64,000 bases of DNA. It comes from Hormiphora californensis (taxonomy: Eukaryota > Animalia > Ctenophora). The stretch lies in NCBI GenBank assembly GCA_020137815.1, contig CM035350.1, positions 7,440,001 to 7,504,000 of the forward strand, given 5' to 3'. Numbering within the stretch: position 1 is the first letter of the stretch; each line of letters begins with the position of its first letter. Positions 49,180 through 62,300 of this stretch are shown piece after piece. The notes beneath the pieces were generated by a model. The model worked only from the letters and a program-made list of their open reading frames with translations, had not been told where the DNA came from and did not search any database. A program made the position numbers and the translations under genes.

Positions 49180-50616
49180 ATGGCAAATCGGCCACGACAA
49201 AATGGACCCTCTCAAGTGCGGGCACTTCAGTTCAAACTTGTACTTCTTGGTAAGGTTCCATAACTTATTTCTACCCCTTGTCTATAGTTCCTTCATTCAT
49301 TGCTAGTTTATCACAAATTCCGCTGTGTCGCTGTCTGACCCAGATAGCTCGGAAAGCCCGGATAATACTTCCAGAATAGCCCGTAAGAAAATCCGGGATA
49401 TCATGGCCTGATATATCCGGGTTATACGAGCTATCTGGGCTTGATTTCCAGAGTATTACAGAGTATTACAGCTCGTATATGCTGGAATAGCTTTCCTGAA
49501 AATACCTATTATCCGGACTATCTGATCTATCTGGGTTATCCAGGATTACACGTACCCATTACACCCTAATGTCTCGCTCCCCCTCCCCAATCAGTGGGTA
49601 TTTGGTATTAAAAGAAGGCCGGTGCTGATTTGTATTTCCATAAGGCAGCTTGTCTACTCTATTTCCAATTCTGAGATGTCATTTCTGAGTGAGGGCCGAT
49701 TTGGCAGTGAAGAAAAAGATAGTGAGAGAGATAGACAGAGAGACAGATAGATATTGTGTTACGCCGGCCTCAATATGACCACATGGAATTATGAGTGTAC
49801 AATCAATTGAATGGCCTTGATATTATAGAGGGAGATCAACACAAGGCAAGAGGGAGATGGAATAGAAATTACGTTGTGTGTGTGAGGGAGAGGGGGATAG
49901 AGAGAGAGAGTTAGAGAGAGGCATAGAAATAAAGAGAGAAGGAACAATCTAATCTACAAATGTATACACTATTTAGATGGTTCAACTACCTATACCGCAC
50001 TTCATATATTCCTGTTTAGACAGTACTTCCTTGCTATACTTTCTTGTGTTGCTATGGTAACAAACTTAAATATCCAGAAATAGGTTGTAAATCGCATTCT
50101 AAAAAGGGTGCCGATAATCGTTAAATGCCCCCCCCCCCCCCCCCCGTTTTAACAGTTTATAAGTGCACAATGACGCGTTACATAATACAGGTGTGCTAGC
50201 GCAGTAGGAAATACACGGCTGCCAAAGAAAACAAACATAATACACGTAGCAGGCCCCCAAATTCCGCACAATGGAAGATATATTGTACAATGTTTTGTAC
50301 GAAGCTGAATACATTTCCCCCCATCTCTATTCTATATCTCAACTTGGATATATGAAATATCAAAAATAACTTCCCGCCTCGTAGATAATGTTTGATCCTT
50401 TCTCATTTCTAATTAAGAAAGGCCATGAATGTCCCACATTCATAAGCACACATAATATCCTACCCTCTCCAAATCCATTAGATCATTTATATCCATCTCC
50501 AGACATGCCTCCTCGCACAGAGCTTTACACAGTGAGAGCCTATCACAATTATCACTTGTCAACTTCCTGTCAACATTCTTCAACAAGTGTGTTTTATCCT
50601 ATATTATTCTTAGTTT

Positions 50617-50670
<54 letters not shown>

Positions 50671-50682
50671 TCTATCCCTCTC

Positions 50683-50729
<47 letters not shown>

Positions 50730-50741
50730 ACCTGCTACACT

Positions 50742-50807
<66 letters not shown>

Positions 50808-51691
50808 CTCTCTCTCTCTCTCTCCCACACACTATCCATCCCTCCCATCCATCTTTCTCGTACATACTACATTATGTCTTAGTCTACATGCTGCAGCTAA
50901 TTGCCCCTCCAATTACAGCTGTGCCTGTTTACTATATAACTCGGCCTCTCTCCTTTCTAGCTGTCCTTTCTAGCTGTCTTATCCCCTCTTCCTCCTTCCC
51001 GGTAGATGTGGGCTATTATTTGTGAACCCTCTCACAGGCCCCATATAGATAATACTATCTAAACCCTCTTCCTTTCAGGTGAATCAGCGGTTGGAAAATC
51101 TAGTTTAGTTCTCAGATTTGTAAAGGGACAGTTCCATGAGTACCAGGAGACGACGATTGGCGCTGCTTTCCTCACACAAACTGTTACTGTAGATGGGGTC
51201 ACCGTCAAGTTTGAAATCTGGGACACTGCAGGTAGGACGCTGCGTGACGTCAGAGTGACGTCATGAGGTCCACTGATATATTACACTACTATCCACTTTC
51301 ATACGGGGGATTGTGCAACACTCGTACCATGTTTTTTACCGAAAAAAAAAGTTTTTTAACAAAAAAAACATGTTGAGAAATAAGAAACATTCACGCCTAA
51401 AAGAAGAGAGAAACCCAATCAGAGAGTGTTTGGGAAGTGTTTATTGTTCCTCTCAAGAAATTGTGGGAGCTGGGTCGAGAACCATTTAAATGCTAAACGC
51501 CTGGTGTTTATGTTTTGTGCCCTTATTTGACTGAACATCCCTTCATTTCCTTCATTTATTTCCCCATAACACGGGACTGGGGTACAATTCATTCATCTCA
51601 TTCACACACACGCACAAACACATCTCACAAACAATTCACTAAGGTAACAGGTGTGTGTTTTGATAATGTTGAAACTGAACCCCACATCTGT

Positions 51692-51722
<31 letters not shown>

Positions 51723-52654
51723 CTCTTTCTCACACATCGTCCTTTTTGTTACAGGTCAGGAGAGGTACCATAGCTTGGCCCCAATGTACTACAGGGGCGC
51801 ACAGTCAGCCATCATTGTCTACGACATTACAAATAGAGTGAGTAAGGAGAGAGGCATACTAAAATAATTTGTTCATGTACACAATGGTATTTGAAGGTAG
51901 TGGGACAATTGTGCTAGAACACCCTCGCGACTAGCAGGGCACGGACTGGGCTCTTTACAAAGGTCCCCAGGCAAAGCGCTGTGAATGGTAACAACGCGCA
52001 GCGCGCTCTTTAGGAACATCTGCAGCGAGGGAAATAGGAAGCTGTAAATTGGTGGGGTGATTGTTAGGTCATCACTACGAGTTATGACGTTCTAATCGTG
52101 ACGTGTTTCCACCAACAGGACACATTCGAACGAGCAAAGAGTTGGGTGAAAGAGCTCGATAGACAAGCCAGGAAAGATATCGTCATTGCTCTGGCCGGAA
52201 ACAAATCGGATCTCAGTTCCAAACGAATGGTAGAATACGAGGTAAGTGAGAACATTCTGATTCTACAATCTATGTTTTGTATTAGCTCTCTCTCTCAGAA
52301 CGAAATAGAAATAGAAGTTCTAGTTCTACTGATTTATCACTTCTGTCCATTACTAGGAAGGAAAAGCATACGCTGCGGAGCACAATTTAATCTTTATGGA
52401 AACATCTGCTAAAACAGGGGACAATGTATCTAATGTATTCGTGGAAATCGGTAGGTGAAAATGAGAAACGATATTCAATAATCTGATTGTGTGATTCATA
52501 ATGTTTACAAACCTGATCTAACACTCTCGCCTCCCCCGCAGCCCAAGCTCTACCTAAGAACGAACAGAAGCCAGCCAATAATGGCCAAACGGTGCGAATA
52601 GACAATGATGCTGCAGGAGCCAGTTCAAGTGGTCCGGGATGCTGCAATAAATAA
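49180..52654 (+). CDS. RAB5: Rab5 small GTPase, 6 coding exons
   Basis: FKLVLLG|[42 protein letters not shown]|[33 protein letters not shown], and C-terminal CCNK. Confidence 0.96.
49339..49535. mobile_element. Small MITE, possibly PIF/Harbinger-type
   Basis: CCCAGATAG...CTATCTGGG ends with TGA/TTA flanks and internal repeats. Confidence 0.5.
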
Positions 52655-53789
52655 TCGCATTCTCCCTCCCTTTGTGTGTGTGTAGTGTGGCATGTTTTAT
52701 ACGTTAACTGATTAAGAGAGAAAGAGAGAGAGAGATATAAAGCAACCCCCTGTTGTAGTTGTTGTTGCTGCTTGTTAATGTGTACATATTCTCTCCTCAC
52801 CAGACAGTACAGTGAGCGAGAGAGGTGTATCTGAAACACAAATTAAAAATGTTAGAGTTTTTTATGGTTTTGTATGATGCGAACTCTCAAAATTCGTTAG
52901 TTGATCTCCTTTAAAGTTCATAATTTCCAGCACGTTGAATTACAGTTGACACGTATTTTCTCTATCAGGGCCTTTCCTCATAAATATGTATCTGCAGAAA
53001 GTCTGCTAGGATGTGTGTATGTGTGATTAGTGGGCCGGTTTGAGGGTCATTCACAGAGACAGTTCTATTTTCAAACTTCTGATTCCGAAATTACACAAAT
53101 AGAAATTATCTGCCATGTTCTTAACAGTATAAGAAGCGTGTGTAGGTACTGCGTTTTTGGTTGTTGTGGACGACTGATTGAAGTTCATGTGTTTTCTTTG
53201 TTTAGAATCCCTGTTTCTCTTTGCTAAACAATGGTTAGTGTTTCTAGAAATGAGTATCTTGTTTTTCAAGGAATAATGGAGCAGGAGCAGGAGGGAAAGC
53301 TTCAAAAAAAATTAAAAATGAGAACAAAATCTTTGGTAAGAAAAGTGGCGCGCAAAATCTTTTTGCGCCTATGTACCCAAATGAACCCAAATTGCGGCGC
53401 GCGCGAATCTTAAAAAATCGAATGTTTAAAAAAAATGAAAAAGTTTGAACTTAAAAAAAAGCTTGCACAAGTCACAACGTGTTTTTGAAAAGCCCTGCCG
53501 GCTGCCTTATCCCGCGCTATTGGGGCATTCGCAAGCTCATCGGGGCATCCGCAAGCTGACCACTCACCTTGCACAGTTGACAGTGCACAGTACACACTGC
53601 TCAATTCTTGGAATTTGGCGCATTGCGCGTGTATTTACAAAGGGGAAATCCTGAATTTCCAGGAATCTCAGGTCAAGTCGTTTGAAACGCACTTTAGTAA
53701 AGATTCTCCGTTAACGGTTAAGTATTGTTGGAAAATATTGGATAGATTCACAATGGTGAATATATTTCATGCACCAAATTCCAAAATAA

Positions 53790-54535
53790 ATTACAAGTTT
53801 ACAAGTTTACAAGTTTACAAAATTAGATTCGGCATACAATGCATAAAGACAAATATACCACGTTCTCAGCATGTTGCTTCTACGTACAATGATGTGAATG
53901 ATGCAGTGACCAACATACACTACCCAGGGGGAGCAGTGTAACCAATGAGTTGTCGTTGGGACTCCTGTAGCCCCGAACTGGAGGGTGATCAGGTATACCA
54001 TCCAGGAACTTGCCGAGAGAAACTTTGAGATCCTCTAGTGTTTCGCATCTTCGAACTTCTTTCGGCATCCTATTGAAGAGCTTGACTGACCTCACTGAGA
54101 ATGATCCTTCCCTGATGGTCTCAATTGAATCTTGGGCCGAAGTGTAAAGGTCCGGGTATTCAGCTAGGAGACCTCGCCGTGGGTGAACCTTGAATGACTC
54201 GTCCACGGGCCTGGTGGTATGGTTCGGGACGAGTCCATGATATAATTTCCAGAGATGGATTATCATGAATCGCTCCCGTCGCCGTTGAAGTGACTGGATC
54301 CCCAGGAACTTGAGCCTCTCCCAGTAGTCCATCCCGATGCACTCCTCGATCCGCCGCGTAAAGAATCTCTGGACTCCCTCAAGCTTAGCGATGTTACCAA
54401 TCGTCGTGGGAGACCAGAGAGCCGAACAGTATTCTAGCTTTGGCCTGACCAATGCCTTGAAAAGTGTTATCATCGTTCGTTCCGACCGGTTTCTGAACAC
54501 TCCGAGGGCCCATCCAGCGATCCTCTTGGCGATCA
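53790..54535 (-). mobile_element. 5'-truncated LINE (C-terminal end of ORF2) with (TTGTAAAC)n tail
   Basis: LFKALVRPKLEYCSALWSP, LEGVQRFFTR, YWERLK.L...SLQRRRER. Tandem ttacaagt tail at 53791-53820. Confidence 0.88.
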
Positions 54536-54539
54536 ATTA

Positions 54540-54784
54540 TACCTTACTCTCGTTAATTAAGCTCGCATATTTCAAGAAACTTTTAAATAAGAAACTTTTT
54601 TTCTAGAAAACTACAGGTGTAAGCAATCCAAAAACAAAAAGAACTTCTCCTTTATCAAGAAACTAGACAAGTTAGGGGAGTTCTATTTTGTTGTGGTGTC
54701 TCTGAATTGTGTGATTTACATTTGAAAAGTTTCTTATAAAAAAGTTTCTTACTAAAGCGTTTCTTAAAAAACGAGAGTAAGGTA
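54540..54784. mobile_element. Small TIR MITE
   Basis: TACCTTACTCTCGTT...AACGAGAGTAAGGTA. Confidence 0.7.
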
Positions 54785-54945
54785 TGTATTACCAAAATGA
54801 ATTAGAAATGTGAACTCCGCTTTATTTCCGTCTTCCCAGATAGTTGTCAACAAACAGTAAACACTTGTAACATTTGAAAAGATACATTGTATTGAAAATT
54901 ACATTGTATTTAACGTTAAAAATTTGCTTTGAAAATATACAGACC

Positions 54946-56289
54946 CTATAACTCATCGTGGTCAGGACTTGAAAAAGTATAGCGGCTCTTACTTGGTTTA
55001 AGCCGTTCAAAAATAGATTTCTTATTAGAAGCCTCTTCCATCGCCCTCGATTCTTCAAGTGTATCCTGAACAAACTTCCTCAGGCTCCCGGCTGTATTAA
55101 TGATGTTAAAGTTATTGATAGTCCGATAAATCTTAAACGTATCCAGTTGAACGACAGGCATTGAGGCTGTCGATTTTTTAGCGATTTTGAGTGCATTTTT
55201 GAAGACATTTCCATCGACATGAACAGATACCAGTTGTATGTTTAGTAAGTCCCGTATCTCATGATGTACTGCCCGTGTGAAGGTGTTAACTGTCTCCGGA
55301 TCAGATCCATTCCTGTAGAGGATCAACAGGGGCAGGTTTTGTTCCACGATCTCCTCGGCATTTTCAAATGTCATCTCCGCCACAAGGGGCCTGCAGTTAT
55401 CCCTGATCCACGGGTATATTGCCATTGTCTCAATTGTACCGGGGAAAATATCGTCCCCCAGTGCAAAGTCCCTGACAGCCACCACGGGAACCTCTTGAAC
55501 CTCGTTTATAAACGCATAGAAATAACATTGCTTGTGAAACGCTCCGGACACTTTCTTGTAGGCTAGATACTCCGGGGTGTCAGTTGATTGAAAGAATCCC
55601 ATAACACACCGGTGATTCTGGTCCACACGTATCTGCTCCAGTTTGGAAACGTTGTCTAATATTGGGATATCATGATCAATGAGCTCATCAATGAATTCTT
55701 TCATTGGCTCCACTCTCCGTTCCCCCCGATACTCCGTCTTGAGGAAAACACCCAGATAAACAAAACGAAGGGTTGGAAACTTCCTTATCTGCTGTGCTTT
55801 GCAGTGTTCTTTAAGCTCGCCCGCGGTACAGTCCACAGATATAAATGTAGCGGCCTTGTCCTCGTAGAATCGAGATAGTTCGTTAATAACATGCTCCAAT
55901 CGGTTGCTATGGCGACACTTTCTCGCACCATACATTATCACCGCTATATCCTTGTCCTGAGGGGGAGAGATATGGAGATAAAGTCTAGTGAGATAGAAAG
56001 ATAGAGAGATGACGAAATTGAGGCATAGAAATATTGTGAGTGAGATGGCAAGTAAGAGGGCGAAGGAAACGAAAAAATGCAAATTAATTACATAACAGTT
56101 ATAGACTGATTATCCCCATTTCGGTGACCTACACAGACAGACAGAGAAGACAGACAGACATACCTGAATGCTATTGAAGAGCTCTGTTTCACTCCCTGGT
56201 TTGATCATCTGGGTGTGCTCGTGAACAGCCGGTAGATTCAGGAAGCATGATACTGGGCAGAACAGCAGGAGGAGGGGCGAGAACAACAT
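54946..56289 (-). CDS. ERp44-like protein disulfide isomerase family member (divergent paralogue), 2 coding exons
   Basis: Signal-peptide exon 56289-56163 and exon 55956-54946. CRHS motif, EYRGERRVE, PLVAEMTFENAEE, SIFERLKPSKSRY, C-terminal HDEL. Confidence 0.88.
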
Positions 56290-56579
56290 CACACAACAGC
56301 AGCAGCTACAACGACATATATGTCTAACAAGGAAAGCTGCAACAAGCCTCAAGAGTGTGTAAACCTGTATCCCACTCATTCTACCACACAGTACACTTAC
56401 TCTCTCTCTTGATATCTTAGTAGTACTGGCTGAGAGATATCGCGTTTTTTATTGATACTATGTGAACCATTAGTTTGATAAATATAATCCTTCGACCTTC
56501 TTTGCTATTTTGTTTATTTAGTACAGATATTTTAAAACTAAACTTTACTAACTATCCCCCCTCCCCTGATTTAGGACCC

Positions 56580-57716
56580 ATGATGTCGCTCCTCTGGGTA
56601 GTGTCCCTCCTTGTTCTGGGCCTGTCCCAGGCGGGCATGATTGAGGTGAACCCTGGAACTATCGATGAAATCCTCAAAAAGAACAATCTCGTCATGATCA
56701 ACTTCTCAGCGGGGTGGTGCCGGTACAGTCAGGCACTCAAACCTGTATTCGAGAAGGCAGCGGCTGAGTTGGAGAGCACTCCCGGTGTTGCTTTGGTCTA
56801 TGTGGACTGTGTAGCACACGCCTCCATCTGTCAGAACTACCGAGTCAACAAGTACCCAACGATGAAGTTTATCCGGGGTGGGGAACTGATGAAGAGCGAA
56901 TACAGGGGACAGAGGAGTGTCGAGGCGATAACAGCTCATATTAAATCGCTCATGGAAGACCCTGTGAAACAGCTGCACGGAGATACCGAGCTGAGTCTAG
57001 CGAAGGAGGCGAATAAGAAGAAGTTTGTTCTGGGTTACTTCACCTCAACCAATAGCTACAGTTATGAGGTTTTCAAGGCTTCAGCTCAGGTCATGCACGG
57101 ACAGTGCCAGTTCTATGCGATAGTAGGGGATGACTGCGAAGGAGAAGATTGATGCCATGGGCAAGGAGAATATCTTCTTAATAAATGATGTGGACCACCC
57201 TGAGAAAGTGTTTGAGGGTTCCGTGACTGACCAACCTCAACTGTCAACATGGGTCAAGGATAACTGTGTGCCTCTCGTCCGAGAGATAACATTTGAGAAT
57301 GGTGAGGAGCTAACCGAGGAAGGTCTGCCGTTTGTGATCCTCTTCCACGACCCAGAGGACCAGGATAGCGTCAAGTTGTTCACTCAGAAGGTCAGCGAGC
57401 AGTGCCAGGACCAGAGGAACGGTGTGAATTTCCTACACGCGGACGGGTTCAAGTTTGCACACCCCTTGTCTCACTTGGGAAAGAGAACTGGCGACTTGCC
57501 CGTCCTGGCTATTGACTCCTTCAAACACATGTATCTGTTCCCTCATTTTGAGAACATTCACCGGCCTGGACGGTTGAGGAGGTTTATTGAGGATTTGCAC
57601 TCGGGCAGGTTACACAGGGAATTCCATGGGGAGGTCTTCAATGATCGAAGTAAGTAAGACAGTAATGTGTATGGGACTGTTTTACCCCTATAACAATAGC
57701 CAGTTCTCTTCTTTCT

Positions 57717-57811
<95 letters not shown>

Positions 57812-58255
57812 TTCTCCCTCCTCTGAGTAGTTTCTCTCTTTGAGTAATACATCGGCCTATTGTTACAAACATCGATTTCCGTTTCTCTCTACATTCTCTG
57901 TTATACCCCACCCAATTACACGTGTTTACCCATTGTTTGTCCATGATACTCGAGACAATATGAACAAGTCAACCAGTTGTCCGTTGCGTAGTCATTAGTC
58001 GGATGTACAGTAGTAGATGTAGTAGTCCGTTATATAGTAACACTCCACTAACACTCACTCTCCTTTACAGAAGACGACGACAAGGAACCTATTCCACTCC
58101 CTAAAGACCCCAAACTGGCCGCTAAAGTTATTGCAGAGCAGCAGAAATTAGATCGACAGAAGAAGGACGCTGGGACTGCACCTCCCGAGTCGGTGTTCAG
58201 AAAACTCGAACCAAATAAAAACAGATACTCTATTTTGGAAAAGGACGAGCTTTGA
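56580..58255 (+). CDS. ERP44: Endoplasmic reticulum resident protein 44, with one apparent 1-bp frameshift near 57138
   Basis: Signal peptide, NFSAGWCRYS, EYRGQRSVE, CVPLVREITFENGEELTEEGLPF, IDSFKHMYLF, DLHSGRLHREFH; last exon PPESVFRKLEP...RYS..KDEL*. Confidence 0.93.
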
Positions 58256-59349
58256 GGGGGACAATTGGGGTTTTTAAGCATGCTAGTATACAACACAGTG
58301 ATAATGTTGATCATATTGAGATGTGATGAGGCCAGGGTTTGGAGTGAGAGAGAGAGGGAGAAAAAGATAAGGTTTCATACATGTAAAATATCAAATTGTT
58401 CGAGTTGAGTCTTAGATTGTAAATCAAATGTGACTCAGGGTGAAAAGTCTGAAACTCGTTGAATATTATCCCTAAACCACCACAAGACACCATCGGTTAT
58501 TTATTTCGCTCCGTTTTGTTTTGTTGTTCAATATGATGTGTGTGTATTTATCTCGACCAGAGTTTACTGTTACTTCCCAAAAACTAACTTGTTTTCTGTT
58601 TCCCCCCTCTTGTATTGGACATCTGGGAGGTTCCAGTGTTACCTTTTGTTCACTTAATTATAGAACATAAGTAACACAATTGCATCCCCTCTCCTTCCCC
58701 TCCCCCCTCCCCCCTCTTCTCTTTTCCCCCCCTTTCTTTCTCTCTCCCCTTTCTCTCTCCCCTCTCTCTCTCTCTCTCTCCCCCTCTCCCCCCTCCTCTC
58801 CCCCCTTCTTTTCTCTTTTTTTTATAAATTTGTTGGTTACAATTTAAAGTGTCTTGTCTGGCGGAGAGGAGGAGAGGAGAAGGAAGAGAGCACACGTATT
58901 GTGCGACCCCGTGTTTCCCCCGGGGAGGGCCCCCGTCACAATTTGTTTTGTGAAGTGAGCCGCGCGCGATCGCCTAACCCCTCCCTTGTGTAGAAAGAGG
59001 AGTTGGTGTGGCGCTTGGTTGACTGCGATATTACCAGTGCTCACCATTCAATCATAGACACACCACGTCAGTTACCGTATCTCCTTCCTTCCGTTCTTCT
59101 GTCGCACAAAACAACAACAACAGTAGTTTCCTAAAAGAAGAATTCTTTCTCTCTCTTAATACAGACAACCACACACAAACACCATTAAAAAAAACAAAAT
59201 AACACTCTACGTTGTCCCAGCCCCTCTCCTGGCAGCGCTATGGCCAGCTGCTGTCCCGTTTCCTAACGTTGGACTAGCATCATGTATATTAATAGTTACA
59301 GCTGGTAACTCAAATAACTTCTTTTCTCCCCCTCTTCCTCGCCTCCTCC

Positions 59350-62300
59350 CAATTTTCTAATTGCGTCTCAACTTTTTTTTCTTTCTTATGGGCCCCCTTT
59401 TTTCAGTTCGGCCCAGCCCCAACCGGTATAACCACCCAAACCATCGTTTTGAAAACACCCTCCTAAAGTAACTCGGACAGGTGGCTAGGTAGATGAAGGG
59501 TACTAGAACACTGGATAAACTGAGAAGTAGTTGAAGACATTCCGTAGTGGATTTTTCCCCCTCTTTAATGTCGGGATGGCACCAAATCAGCTTAAATATC
59601 AACCGGGTAGACCCCCCCAAACAGCCCATCACCCTTAAAAAAAAGGGGGGGGTTTTGGAAAATGTGGAGTCCGGTTTACAACAAGGGTTCCATGTGGTGA
59701 TGGTATTGTTATGCCCCAAACTGAAAAGGGGTACCTATCTGAAATTACCCAATGACCCGGGAAATTTTAAAAAATTTTTTTAACCCCCGTTTTAGGGGGG
59801 ACAAAAGGGCTCCGTGATATAGTTGCAGCAAGGTTCCTCCTGTCGTCCTCGCTAAACAACAAGTGCATGTACCTAATAGCTGGAAAGAGAACACATGTCT
59901 TTTTGGACCCCCCGTTTTAGGGAGAGATTTTTTTATTTTCTACCTCCATCCATAAAAAAGATTTGGGCACAATAAAATCGAATCTTGTAATTTTACCTAG
60001 AAAAGGTGGGATAGACGAAAAGAGCCCCAGAAGAACCCTTTTGGAAAAATAGAAATGACATTTTGGAAAAAACACCTCCACGGGTCTTTGTTTTGATTTT
60101 GGGTTCCCCAAAAAACACGGATTAGTGGGGGGAAGGGTGGGGGTTTGGGGAAGTGGAAATTAGGGGAGAGATAAAGTACCATATTTCCCTAGTGTGAATG
60201 TGGAAATGAATTTCTAAAAATGAATACCCTTTTGAAGGTTTCCTCTAAAGGGAAGCTATCTTGCCCAAACCCAAAATTTATTTTTTTTTTTGAAACTGAA
60301 TGGTTTTTTTCCCTCAAAAAATTGATTGGCCCAAAAAGGTTTAAAGGCGGGGCCTTTTTGAATGGTTTCCAGGGGGGCTTTTCCTTTTTTTTACGAAGTT
60401 TTTTAAAAAAAAAAAATTTTTGGGGGGGGGGGGGGTTTTTAAAGATATAAAAAATTTCCTGCCACGGGGAATTTTTGTTTCCCCCTTTATTATCAAAAAT
60501 TTTCCGGATATGTGAGAAGGTTTTTTTTTCCCCCAAAACCCGGGATGATAATCTGGAAAAAAAAAATGGCTTTGTGCTAGTTTGGGGGCCCCCAGGGGGG
60601 GTTTTAAAATTTTTTTTTTTAAAAAAAAGTTTACCCTATAGGAATTGAATTTTAAAATAAAAAGGGGGGTTTTTTTTTTTTTTTTTGGCCCCAAAAACCA
60701 GACCGGTTTTTTGGGGATTTTTTTTTTTTGGGAAAAAAACCAAAAATTTTGGGGGGGGGGGGGGGAGGAAAAACAAAAAAATATAAGGGGGAAAAAATGG
60801 GAAAGGGTAAATTGGGGAGAGTTGGGTTTTCCCTTTTCCAAGGGAAGAAAGATTTGGGCCCCGGGCCCCCCGAGGGGGTTCGTCTGGGGTCGGCCCCCCC
60901 CGGGCAGTTAAAAAAAAATTCCGTTTTTTTTTTGTCTGCAAAGTTTTTTGTTCCAATTGAATTTTTTGCGGGACCCAATAATGAATTTTTTTTTCCTTTT
61001 AAACAGTTAAAAACAGTGGGCCCGGGGTTTTTTTTGTAGATGTTGTAAGGGGGGGGTTTGGGGAAAAAAATGCTGTTAAAAATTTTATGCCCCCGATTTC
61101 AAGGGGCCCGTCCCAAAAAAGGGGAAAAAGGGGCCCAAAAAAATGGGGTCCTTTTTGGGGGGGGGCAAAAAAATTAACTAAAAAGCTTCCCTTTAAACTT
61201 TCCCCTTTTTTTTTCTTCTTTTTTTTTTTTTTTCCCCCAATTTTTTTCTTTTTTTTCCTTTTCCTCTTCTTCCCTTCCTTTTTTAAATTTTTCCCCCCTC
61301 CCCCCGGTTCCCCCCCCTTCCCTCCTTTTTTTCGGTTTTCCCCCTTTTTCCCCTTTTTTTTCTTTCTTCCATTCCTTTTTTTTTTTTTTTCGGGGTTTTT
61401 TTTGTTAAATTAAAACTTTCGTGAAAAGTTAAATTTTTTTTTGAAAACGAAGCCAATTTGTGCGGGGGGGGGAGTGTAGTTTTGGGAAATTTTGCCAGTA
61501 CAAATTTTTTTTTGGCACTTCCTGCTTTAAGTCCAGGGGCTGGGCCCCCGGGTGTGAGAGGGACGGAAGAAAATGTAATTTGACCCATTCTGTTTCGGCG
61601 CCGCCCGGGGGAAAGTCCATTCAGTTCGGGGCCATTAGGAGGGTGTTTGGGTGGGTTTCAGGGGTTTTGGGTTTTTTTTGTCCGAGAAAATTTGAAAACT
61701 TTTTTTTTTCCCGGCCCCCCCCTTTCCCCCCTTCCTCCCTTCCCCTCCTTTTTCCCCTTTTTTTTTTTTCTTTTTTTAAATCCCCTTCTTTTTTTTTCTT
61801 CTCTTCCCCCCCCCCTTTTTCTCTCTTTTTTCCCATTTAAGGTTTCTTTTGTCTTTTGGGGTTCCCCTCTTTTCCCTTTTTTTCCCCCCCCCTTTTCCCC
61901 CCCTTTCTTTATTCTCTCTCTCTTTCTTCTCCTCTAACCCTTTCTCTCTCTCTCTTATCCTCTCCTCTCTCCTTCTCCCTCTCTTTTCTCTCTGTGGGGT
62001 CAAAAAAATATGTCTACCCACCAATCGGGTAAAAACCTTTACTCAGGTCTTATCCAATGACAGAAAATAAGACCGGGATTGAATTTTTAGGGAAAAAAAA
62101 CATTTCCAAAGCCACCCACGATTACTTCATTCTAGAAAAGGGATCAAAATATGAAGTGTGTAAAAAGTTGTAGGGGAGAAGACACCAGCGCCGAAAACCC
62201 AGCACACATTTTTTTGTAACAGCAATTTGGGCATAACGAGTAATTATCACTGAAAGGGGAAGGGGGGGGTTTAAAAAAAACAAGGGGGATGGAATTTAAA

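Noticed and set aside
56580-58255. ERP44 as a pseudogene or programmed frameshift
   Set aside because: A single extra base in an otherwise highly conserved gene, with no slippery heptamer, in an assembly with evident indel errors.
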